Origin: Smithella sp.
GTDB lineage: Bacteria > Desulfobacterota > Syntrophia > Syntrophales > Smithellaceae
Length of the DNA stretch: 26,332 nucleotides
Reading direction: 5' to 3'
NCBI GenBank assembly: GCA_039679455.1
Contig: JBDKUX010000135.1
Location: 1 to 26,332 of the forward strand
Shown: positions 19,099-26,332 of the stretch, piece after piece
Numbering within the stretch: position 1 is the first letter of the stretch
Layout of the letters: each line of letters begins with the position of its first letter
Notes under the pieces: generated by a model
The model's database searches: none
What the model was told of the DNA's origin: nothing
What the model saw: the letters and a program-made list of their open reading frames with translations, nothing else
Program-made: the position numbers and the translations under genes

Positions 19099-19866
19099 GT
19101 GCAACAGTATGTTCTTACACCGGCCGCCGGAAAACGTTTAATCGGAAAAGCGCTGGTTTTTCACCCCGTGGTATCATCCGTTCTGAAAACAGGAACTATT
19201 GTTATTATAGCCGGAACGACGAATGGCTATGTTGCCGAGGAGATACTGACGTCCATCGGACAGGCGCAGGGCTTCTCCCGGCGGCGATTTTTCCGGGGAA
19301 TCACTCTTCCTCCGCATCGACCGGCAAGTGAAAGCGGGCGTTTGCCCGACGAAAGCGAGTTTCCCGGTGATGTGGTCATCACCAACGGAATCTGGCAAAA
19401 AGGCAAAACGATTTTCGATGTTATAAACGACCTGAAGGAGGGGGATCTCATCCTGAAAGGCGCCAATGCCCTGGATTTACGTCATCAGCGAGCGGCCATT
19501 CTGATCGGGCATCCCCAGGCGGGAACAATCGGCGCGGCATTCCAGGCAGTTGTGGGAAGGCGCGTTCATCTCCTTCTGCCCATCGGACTGGAGAAGCGCA
19601 TCGATGGGGATTTAGACGCCATCGCCCGGCAGCTCAATGCTCCCGCAGCAAAAGGACCGCGCTTTTTTCCCGTTCCAAGTCCGGTTTTTACCGAAATCGA
19701 TGCTATTGCCCTTTTAACAAGAGCTAAAGCAGAGATAATTGCCAGCGGGGGAGTATGCGGCGCAGAGGGAAGCATCTGGCTGGCAGTCAACGGAACCGAT
19801 CAGCAGATGAATGACGCCGACGCGCTCATTAAGGCGATTATTTCGGAACCGCCGTTCACATTCTAA
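19099..19866 (+). CDS. Conserved hypothetical protein (255 aa). No family recognised
   Basis: Clean ORF with coding-like composition, [50 protein letters not shown]...[13 protein letters not shown]. Convergent with the radical SAM gene (10-nt gap between stops). Confidence 0.5.
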   Translation: MQQYVLTPAAGKRLIGKALVFHPVVSSVLKTGTIVIIAGTTNGYVAEEILTSIGQAQGFSRRRFFRGITLPPHRPASESGRLPDESEFPGDVVITNGIWQKGKTIFDVINDLKEGDLILKGANALDLRHQRAAILIGHPQAGTIGAAFQAVVGRRVHLLLPIGLEKRIDGDLDAIARQLNAPAAKGPRFFPVPSPVFTEIDAIALLTRAKAEIIASGGVCGAEGSIWLAVNGTDQQMNDADALIKAIISEPPFTF

Positions 19867-19876
19867 TCTTCTTTCC

Positions 19877-20803
19877 TTAACCAAACGGTTTGTCGCTTGC
19901 AAAATCGGGCGTCAATTCAATGTCGCTGACTTCCTGAATAAAAAGATTATCAAAGCCCAAATCCAGGGCGTAATCCAGTACCTGCTGATACTCCTCGGCG
20001 GTAATCCGGCGCCCCAGCAGTGGATGATTGCGCACCTTGTCAATGGGAGTATATTGCGACATTAAACTGATTGTCACCGACGTTGATATCTCCTTTTTAA
20101 TTAAGCGAAAGACCTCCTTCGAATTTTCCAGTTTGCCCGGCAGAACCAGATGGCGCACGATAACTCCCCTTTTGGCCAAACCATTTTCCATTTCCAGACC
20201 GTCACCCAGCTGCCGCACCATTTCCTTCAAGGAATCGAGGGCGTAGCGCGGATAGTCAAAAACGCCGGAAAACTCGGCGCCGTCTTCCGCAATGCCGTAT
20301 TTGAAATCAGGCAGATAAATATCCACCATCTTATCGAGCATTTTTATAATACTGGGGCTTTCATATCCGCCGCAGTTGTAGATAAAGGGAATTTTCAGCC
20401 CCTGCTCCCGCGCCAGCAGAAGCGCTTCCATGATCAACGGCGTCTGGGGAGTGGGCGTCACGGCATCGATATTGTGGCAGCCGCGCTTCTGCAGATCAAG
20501 CATTACCTGCGCAAGCGCCGGAGGATCAAGTTCCTGTCCTTCCACCTGATGGGAAATCTGGTAATTCTGGCAGTAAATACAGCGTAAATTACAGGAGGAG
20601 AAAAAAATAGTTCCGGCTCCCCCCGTTCCCGAGAGAGGCGGCTCCTCTCCATGATGGGGCAAGGCGCAATCCATGATAATCTTCGCTGGCAGGCGGCAGA
20701 AACCAAGCTCCCCCTGTGTACGGTCAATGTGGCATTGCTGCGGACAAAGCCAGCAATCTTTTAAAACTTTTTTCAGAAAAGATATCTTTTCCGTCAGTTC
20801 CAT
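19877..20803 (-). CDS. Radical SAM protein of the pyruvate-formate-lyase-activating-enzyme-like family (CX3CX2C plus N-terminal auxiliary Cys cluster). Possibly the AmmeMemoRadiSam-system type
   Basis: Radical-SAM core GTIFFSSCNLRCIYCQNYQIS (cf. PflA CLMRCLYCHN). N-terminal CWLCPQQCHIDRTQGELGFC extra cysteines. A GAGGAG SD lies 5 nt upstream of the ATG at 20803 (MELTEK...). The track start at 20824 adds 7 residues. Confidence 0.78.
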   Translation of the reverse strand: MELTEKISFLKKVLKDCWLCPQQCHIDRTQGELGFCRLPAKIIMDCALPHHGEEPPLSGTGGAGTIFFSSCNLRCIYCQNYQISHQVEGQELDPPALAQVMLDLQKRGCHNIDAVTPTPQTPLIMEALLLAREQGLKIPFIYNCGGYESPSIIKMLDKMVDIYLPDFKYGIAEDGAEFSGVFDYPRYALDSLKEMVRQLGDGLEMENGLAKRGVIVRHLVLPGKLENSKEVFRLIKKEISTSVTISLMSQYTPIDKVRNHPLLGRRITAEEYQQVLDYALDLGFDNLFIQEVSDIELTPDFASDKPFG

Positions 20804-20840
20804 TATGACTCCTCGGCTAAGCATGAAAGAAGAAGCGGTA

Positions 20841-21908
20841 TCATAGTCTTTCGACTATATCCCTTATTTTACCACTGGCGACAAGCTCCAGAAATTCTTC
20901 ACCCAAGGGAGCGGAAAGTTCCACCGTCTGGCGCCAATTTTTAACTCGTGTCTCGTGATCATCAATATAAGTGAGAAAATCCGTTCGGTCGGGAATCTTT
21001 TTCCCTGGAAGCTTTTCCACAAAACCTGGCGAAGGAAAGATCATCAGGACGTTGCTTAAGGTATCCGCATCCGGCGCCCGGCGCACTAATTTCTTATCCA
21101 GCCAGCCTGGAATGATTCGTTCATCGTGATGAAAAAACAGTACCATGTCATTTTCCCCGGCGGCAAACTGATGGGTTAAATGATAGTCAATCAGGCCGCC
21201 GTCCCGGTAAACTCCGTAAGGAGCGTCGTAAATATCATGCACACCGGCCACAACCAGAGGAACAGCGCCGCTGGCCATGACGGCATGTTTAAAATTAATT
21301 TCATTTATACGGACCAATGAACCCCGAAAGCGGGGACGAAAACAAAAGGGTGGCGGCTTCGAACCCTGATAAAAAACAACGCGGTCGGCAAATCGATAGA
21401 TATTGTTCCGGCTGAAAAAATTCAATAAAAAACAAGCGGCCAAACCTGTTTTCTGCAGCCATGTTTTTTCTGAAGCGACCAGATGGCGTGTGCGGGCGGT
21501 AATTACACTTAAACGGTATTTCTTGTTAGCCAGGGCAAAGTGCAGTGCGTCATCTTCCACGTACGAATTGATTATTTTTTTTAACTTCCCCAGAACTGTT
21601 GCGGGAGTATCGGCTTTTGTAAATTTAACATTAATATAGGCATCGATCAATTTTCGATAGCTCAGAGGTGCAGCCGGCTGAAGCCAGGCGGCAAACCGCC
21701 AGGCGCCGGCTGAAGAACCGATTAAATGGACAAGCCGCTTACGGCCTAAAATATTTCCGTTGATCAGGGTCAAGTCAAAACCACTGGTGACGAGCCAGCG
21801 GGGGCCGACAGCCGGTCCGAAATAGGCCGAGATGGAATCAAAATTAAATCCGCCGTCTTTAATAATTTTATAGGCCCGCTTACCGGCTTTAATTCTTAGT
21901 TGACTCAT
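20841..21908 (-). CDS. Patatin-like / alpha-beta serine hydrolase (GxSxG nucleophile elbow plus DGG Asp motif). Probable (phospho)lipase
   Basis: HLIGSSAGAW (G-x-S-x-G) at residue ~65 and YRDGGLIDY (patatin-type catalytic Asp motif) ~180 residues later. The canonical GGGxR/KG oxyanion box is not clear, which lowers confidence. It lies 16 nt upstream of the radical SAM gene on the same strand. Confidence 0.55.
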   Translation of the reverse strand: MSQLRIKAGKRAYKIIKDGGFNFDSISAYFGPAVGPRWLVTSGFDLTLINGNILGRKRLVHLIGSSAGAWRFAAWLQPAAPLSYRKLIDAYINVKFTKADTPATVLGKLKKIINSYVEDDALHFALANKKYRLSVITARTRHLVASEKTWLQKTGLAACFLLNFFSRNNIYRFADRVVFYQGSKPPPFCFRPRFRGSLVRINEINFKHAVMASGAVPLVVAGVHDIYDAPYGVYRDGGLIDYHLTHQFAAGENDMVLFFHHDERIIPGWLDKKLVRRAPDADTLSNVLMIFPSPGFVEKLPGKKIPDRTDFLTYIDDHETRVKNWRQTVELSAPLGEEFLELVASGKIRDIVERL

Positions 21909-21931
21909 TTATGTTCCACCAGGCAAAGGCC

Positions 21932-21960
21932 TTGACATGAAAACTTTTGTCTTGTAAATA
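21932..21960 (+). promoter_or_regulatory. Candidate sigma70-type promoter for proA-nadD (TTGACA-N17-TAAATA)
   Basis: TTGACA at 21932-21937, a 17-nt spacer, TAAATA at 21955-21960. Located ~135 nt upstream of the proA ATG in the divergent patatin/proA intergenic region. Confidence 0.45.
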
Positions 21961-22092
21961 TGCTAAGTTTTTTTGACTAAAGCTGAAGATCGCTGCGTTT
22001 TAAATTTATCAACGATTATGACAGCAGGAGCGGCTTTTACCAATAATTGCGAAAAAAGCAAACAGTTTTATCTCTTGGCATAGGATAATCAA

Positions 22093-23349
22093 ATGGATAT
22101 AAAAAATTCCGTAAGGACAATAGCCCAGAATGCACAGGAGGCATCCCGGCGGTTGGCCCGTGTTTCCTGTCCGGCCAAAAACAACGCCCTCACGCAGATG
22201 GCTGATGAACTGATAAAAAATACCGATCAACTTATCGCCGAAAACACCCGCGATGTCGCGGGCGCAAAAGAGAGAGGACTCTCTCCAGCCATGATCGACC
22301 GTCTCACCCTGAAAAAGGAGACAATCACAAGCATGGCGCAGGGCCTGAGAGAAGTCGCCACACTGCCCGATCCCCTGGGCAAGGTAACATCCATGTGGCG
22401 CAGGCCCAACGGCCTTCTGGTCGGCCGGATGCGCATTCCCCTGGGTGTAATCGGCATCATCTATGAGTCCCGTCCCAATGTGACGGCCGATGCCGCCGCG
22501 CTCTGCCTGAAATCGGGAAATGCGGTAATTTTAAGGGGAGGATCGGAAGCAATAAACTCGAATATGGCAATCTGCACAATTCTCCGGAAAGTTCTGCGTG
22601 ACAATTCGCTGCCGGAAGAAGCAATTCAGCTGATTCCGATGACCGACCGGGAAGCGGTTCATGAAATGCTGCAGCTGGAAGAATATATCGATTTAATCAT
22701 CCCCCGCGGCGGCGAGGAATTGATCCGGGCCGTAGTCGCCCAGTCCAAAATACCGGTGATCAAGCATTACAAAGGCGTCTGCCATGTTTTTGTTGACGCC
22801 CATGCAGACATGGAAATGGCCGTAAATATCTGCTGCAACGCCAAGGCCCAGCGCCCCGGTGTCTGCAATGCCATGGAAACCCTGCTCGTGCATAAAGATA
22901 TCGCCCGCAAATTTCTGCCGCTGGTTGCCGAGGCATTAAATAAATTAAATGTCCAGTTGATCGGCTGTGCTAAAACCAGAAAGATCTTAAAAGATATTGC
23001 AACAGCTACCGAAGCGGACTGGTATACGGAATATCTTGATTTGATCCTGGCGGTACGCGTAGTCGACGGCATCGACGAGGCAATGGCGCATATTGAGAAA
23101 TACGGTTCTCTGCATACGGAATCCATCATCACCACCGATTATACAAATTCGCAGCGTTTCTTAAACGAAGTGAATTCATCGACAGTGCTGGTCAATGCCT
23201 CAACCCGTTTCAGCGACGGCTTCGAGCTGGGGCTGGGTGCGGAAATCGGCATTTCGACGACCAAGCTGCATGCTTTCGGCCCGATGGGTCTGGAAGAATT
23301 AACAACTTCAAAATTTATCATTTACGGCAACGGGCAGGTGCGCACATGA
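22093..23349 (+). CDS. proA: Gamma-glutamyl phosphate reductase (glutamate-5-semialdehyde dehydrogenase)
   Basis: 418 aa. ...[36 protein letters not shown]... and catalytic Cys context ...KGVCHVFVD / ...[12 protein letters not shown], typical of ProA. Stop overlaps the nadD start (ATGA). Confidence 0.93.
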   Translation: MDIKNSVRTIAQNAQEASRRLARVSCPAKNNALTQMADELIKNTDQLIAENTRDVAGAKERGLSPAMIDRLTLKKETITSMAQGLREVATLPDPLGKVTSMWRRPNGLLVGRMRIPLGVIGIIYESRPNVTADAAALCLKSGNAVILRGGSEAINSNMAICTILRKVLRDNSLPEEAIQLIPMTDREAVHEMLQLEEYIDLIIPRGGEELIRAVVAQSKIPVIKHYKGVCHVFVDAHADMEMAVNICCNAKAQRPGVCNAMETLLVHKDIARKFLPLVAEALNKLNVQLIGCAKTRKILKDIATATEADWYTEYLDLILAVRVVDGIDEAMAHIEKYGSLHTESIITTDYTNSQRFLNEVNSSTVLVNASTRFSDGFELGLGAEIGISTTKLHAFGPMGLEELTTSKFIIYGNGQVRT

Positions 23350-23996
23350 AATGGGGTTTATTGGGAGGAACATTTGATCCGATTCATTTCGGTCATTTGC
23401 GGGCAGCAGAAGAAATGCTGAAAATTTTCGATTTAAATCGCATTTTCTTTATCCCTTCCTCACGTCCGCCTCACAAGCTGGAAGCTCAAATCACCTCTTT
23501 CTATCATCGCGAGCAGATGGTGCGGGCAGCCATTGACGGCAATGTTTCTTTTTCCTTTTCTGATGTGGAAAATTTAAAATCGGGTAAATCTTATTCCGTG
23601 GAAACAGTCGAATATATATTGAACAAGTACATGGAAGACCTGGAACTTTATTTCATCCTCGGTCAGGATGCTTTTCAGGCGATCACCACCTGGAAAGACT
23701 GGGAAAAACTTCTCCTGCTCTGCAATTTTGCCGTGATGACCCGCCCCGGTTATAAGCAGGAAGGTCTGGAGAAAATTCTTCCCGCCGATTTTTCGTCCCG
23801 CTTTGTATTTGATAAGGAAATCGACGGATATCGAGGGCCAACCGGGCATTTTATCTATTTCCGCCATGTAACTTTTCTGGATATATCCTCTTCCCGCATC
23901 CGCGAAATGGCAAAAACCGGCCAATCCATTCGTTACCTTACCCCGGACAGTGTCCGCAACTATATCATTAAGAATTCGCTATACAAGAATACTTGA
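23346..23996 (+). CDS. nadD: Nicotinate-nucleotide adenylyltransferase
   Basis: [23 protein letters not shown]... (HxGH nucleotidyltransferase motif) and a C-terminal ISSSRIRE (ISSTxxR) motif. 216 aa. Confidence 0.9.
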   Translation: MKWGLLGGTFDPIHFGHLRAAEEMLKIFDLNRIFFIPSSRPPHKLEAQITSFYHREQMVRAAIDGNVSFSFSDVENLKSGKSYSVETVEYILNKYMEDLELYFILGQDAFQAITTWKDWEKLLLLCNFAVMTRPGYKQEGLEKILPADFSSRFVFDKEIDGYRGPTGHFIYFRHVTFLDISSSRIREMAKTGQSIRYLTPDSVRNYIIKNSLYKNT

Positions 23997-24048
23997 TTAT
24001 TTTTATTTGATTTAATTTTACAGTCGCCAGCACACCCTTTGTCTAATA

Positions 24049-25980
24049 TTATACAGCCGTTGTAATTTCTTTTTGCTCACTTTTCGGTACGTTTTGAGAA
24101 ATCATTTGAGATAACCAGGCATTGAACAAATTGCCACTTGTTGAGGCATCCCCGCTACTCACCAGAACCTGGGGCACAATTTGAATCTTACCGGCCGCTA
24201 TCTCCTGTATGAGTTTAATGACCGCTACATTCTTCTGACCAATGGCCTCACTCTGGGCAATGTAAGCAGCGGCAACACCGTCACCCTCAATCTTGCTTTT
24301 GTAAGAGTTGCCGTCAGCCACCAGTATGGTAGATTCTTTGGTTCCCTGGGCAGTTAGTATGGTAGATTCCTTAGTTCCCTGGGCCTGGAGAATCGCGGAA
24401 CGCCTGTTTCCATCAGCTTCCCTGACCTTGGCTTCGGCTCTGTCATTATTTATATCGATAGATAATTTGGCATCAATAACATCTTTCTGCTTATCCGCCC
24501 GGGACGATTTCTCCATAACTGCAATGCGCTTTTCCTGAGCCAGCGCCTCCTGGTCGTACTGTGCTTGCTGCTGATTGGCAATCTCCTTCTTGGTCTGAGT
24601 GTCCAGCAAATCCTTGGGTATATCGATATAGGCAATGAGTAAGTTTTGAGCTTCTACGTTATACTCGGAAAATCTTTCTTTGGCATGTGCCAGTGCTTCG
24701 GTCTGCAAGTCCGTCCGGCTTTGGAAAAAATCAATTGCTTTCTTTTCGCCTGCTTTATTTCTAAAGGACGAATCAATAAGCGGATGTACGATCTGATCGA
24801 TCAAATTGGCGACGGACCCGAATCTGGCTATAATATACGCCGCATTGCCGGGTTGAATTCGAATCACCATCCGAACGTTGACTTCCAGTTGGAAGCCGTC
24901 TTTGGAAGTCACCTTCAGGGGATCAAAACTGTATAAAACGGCCGCAGCCTTAGTCTCTGTTGATTTAATTCCCTTTACCTCTGTTCCGATTTTTCCCTCG
25001 CTTGCCCAGTCAATGGTCACGGCGGAAGTAGGTACCTGATAGGCTGAAAAAGCAATCGTGTTCAGATTGTATTTCCCCGGTGCTATGGGTTCTCTCCAAA
25101 TGCCGCGTGTGAATTTATCCGTTATCAGAATTTTTTCTACATCTTCATGGATCGGTCCCCCGAGTTTCCCTTCCCCGGTAGTTTTCTCGGGTCCCTGAAT
25201 CGTTCTTTCCAGCTCCAGCCCTACGTTGGACCTGATGACCGCCACATATCCCGGCAAAACTTCGGCTACATTTTCAATTTTAATATCAAACAGGTTGGGA
25301 TTGATGAAATATATGCCGGGCTGCAGGGTATCCAATTGCGGCCCCCTGTATCCTTTGCTGTCGATAAAGCGCTGACCGTTTTGATATGCTTTATGATCTA
25401 CTTCAGTACCGTCATTATTCAGAGCCTTCGGGGCTATGACATAGCCGCTCGGCAACGGAATGCCGTCTTTAGCAATGGCTATACCAACGGTATTCTCCGC
25501 TATTTTTATCGCCGGAGCTCTCGTAATATGGAACAGGACGGAATTGATCCGGTAGGTACCTGGACGTAAAATTCCAACCTGAGGTCCCTTTTTCCCATGG
25601 TTGGCTAAGAACATCTCCGCATCTTGAAATTGATTACTCTCGACTTCATCGGCCAGTACTCTACCTTTAGGCAACGGCTCGCCGTCGATAGCCTCGACGA
25701 TGCCGATACCGGCATTATCAATAGTTACGACCGGAACTTTTGTAAACGACCAAATCAGGGGCATTCTCCAATAGAGCCCCGGCATCAAAGTACTTGCCTG
25801 AACCCCTATTTCCCCATGACGTGCGATAATTTGTCCTTCAGGCATTTTTTTGCCAAACATGTTTTTAGTAAGGATGCCGACTTGATTGGACCCAATCAAA
25901 CAAAAACCTTGGAAGATAATCAGCAGAACAAGTACAATAATTACAATTAAACCGATACATTCTATCATTCCTGTTATCAT
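24049..25980 (-). CDS. Flotillin-like SPFH/band-7 family membrane protein (YqiK/FloT-like) with N-terminal TM, repeated PG-x-Y modules, SPFH domain and a C-terminal coiled-coil/Ala-Glu-rich flotillin tail
   Basis: 643 aa. N-terminal TM IECIGLIVIIVLVLLIIF. Four degenerate 'L(R/Q)PG(T/I)Y..N..(L)F' modules. The SPFH core is around ...LEVNVRMVIRIQPGNAAYIIARFG.... C-terminal EA/Q-rich tail (ANQQQAQYDQEALAQEKRIAV...) with a duplicated AQGTKESTIL(T/V) unit. GGAGAA SD before the ATG at 25980. Confidence 0.8.
   Translation of the reverse strand: MITGMIECIGLIVIIVLVLLIIFQGFCLIGSNQVGILTKNMFGKKMPEGQIIARHGEIGVQASTLMPGLYWRMPLIWSFTKVPVVTIDNAGIGIVEAIDGEPLPKGRVLADEVESNQFQDAEMFLANHGKKGPQVGILRPGTYRINSVLFHITRAPAIKIAENTVGIAIAKDGIPLPSGYVIAPKALNNDGTEVDHKAYQNGQRFIDSKGYRGPQLDTLQPGIYFINPNLFDIKIENVAEVLPGYVAVIRSNVGLELERTIQGPEKTTGEGKLGGPIHEDVEKILITDKFTRGIWREPIAPGKYNLNTIAFSAYQVPTSAVTIDWASEGKIGTEVKGIKSTETKAAAVLYSFDPLKVTSKDGFQLEVNVRMVIRIQPGNAAYIIARFGSVANLIDQIVHPLIDSSFRNKAGEKKAIDFFQSRTDLQTEALAHAKERFSEYNVEAQNLLIAYIDIPKDLLDTQTKKEIANQQQAQYDQEALAQEKRIAVMEKSSRADKQKDVIDAKLSIDINNDRAEAKVREADGNRRSAILQAQGTKESTILTAQGTKESTILVADGNSYKSKIEGDGVAAAYIAQSEAIGQKNVAVIKLIQEIAAGKIQIVPQVLVSSGDASTSGNLFNAWLSQMISQNVPKSEQKEITTAV
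24323..24388. repeat. Perfect-frame 33-bp tandem duplication inside the flotillin-like gene (encodes AQGTKESTIL(T/V) twice)
   Basis: AGTATGGTAGATTCTTTGGTTCCCTGGGC at 24323-24351 and AGTATGGTAGATTCCTTAGTTCCCTGGGC at 24356-24384 (3 mismatches), period 33 nt = 11 codons. Confidence 0.8.
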
Positions 25981-26332
25981 TAATGTTCTCCTTCTTTTTT
26001 TTACTCATCATTTCCTTCGGTACCGGATTATTTAAACTTGAGCGGGATTGAAAGTTAACACCCTTTTTATCGCAGCATAAGCATGGAAAAACATAGCCAA
26101 TGTGACCGCAGGCGACAAGCCATGCCTTAAAATTACAATAAGCTGCTTCCCCAACCCATTTGATCGGGTCAAATTTCTTTAGAATGATGGGCATGCGAGT
26201 CGCATATAGCTTCCTCTTCTAAGGAAGATGTCAAGAATATTTCTTTATACAGATCGTTAAAGCTGAAAATGGTTGTGATGGTACTTCAACCTTTTTTCCT
26301 TTTCACCTAACCTCTTTTATTCTACGGGCCCT

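Noticed and set aside
25865-26194. 109-aa minus ORF overlapping the flotillin start, considered as a possible NfeD-like partner
   Set aside because: It is in a different frame overlapping the flotillin N-terminus, lacks the NfeD TM/OB-fold character, and has AT-rich Lys/Asn/Cys-rich junk composition.
26208-26234. CTTCC-N8-GGAAG inverted repeat upstream of the flotillin gene
   Set aside because: Short 5-bp arms, ~240 nt from the start codon, and inverse to the NrpR operator arrangement. Probably chance.

Overview
This is a 26.3-kb chromosomal window with 20 coding genes, probably from an anaerobic Gram-negative bacterium. LolA, a NarL-type two-component pair, a PflA-like radical SAM protein and about 48% GC (by eye) point to a Desulfobacterota/Syntrophales-like organism. 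That lineage call is a guess.

Gene order, left to right. On the minus strand:
- a NarL/LuxR-type response regulator (partial, runs off the left edge), translationally coupled to a double-Cache/PAS/HisKA_3 sensor kinase
- pncA and pyrG
- glmM
- a left-handed-beta-helix (hexapeptide) protein
- gdhA
- an NrpR-like (DUF128) regulator of the archaeal type
- a 1238-aa GlmS-like amidotransferase (Ntn Cys, GATase-2, 2x SIS, plus extra domains)
- a small Fis-like HTH protein
- a small membrane protein

Then on the plus strand: comM/yifB, a long-form ilvE, lolA and a conserved hypothetical. Then two minus-strand genes: a PflA-like radical SAM enzyme and a patatin-like GxSxG/DGG hydrolase. The window ends with proA-nadD (4-nt overlap) on plus and a large flotillin/SPFH protein on minus.

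I found no rRNA, tRNA, CRISPR, IS or integrase signatures. The region is mostly core metabolism.

The most interesting part is the co-directional block at about 7.7-15.1 kb: membrane protein, Fis-like, giant GlmS-like amidotransferase, NrpR, GdhA. It joins an archaeal-type 2-oxoglutarate-sensing nitrogen repressor to an unusually large, uncharacterised glutamine amidotransferase. glmM and the hexapeptide protein sit next to it. Palindromic candidate operators flank the nrpR start.

Other things worth a second look:
- an array of three phased consensus DnaA boxes plus an AT-rich tract in the ilvE-lolA spacer
- a perfect 33-bp in-frame tandem duplication in the flotillin gene
- a patatin-like / radical-SAM gene pair
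- several tightly coupled gene junctions
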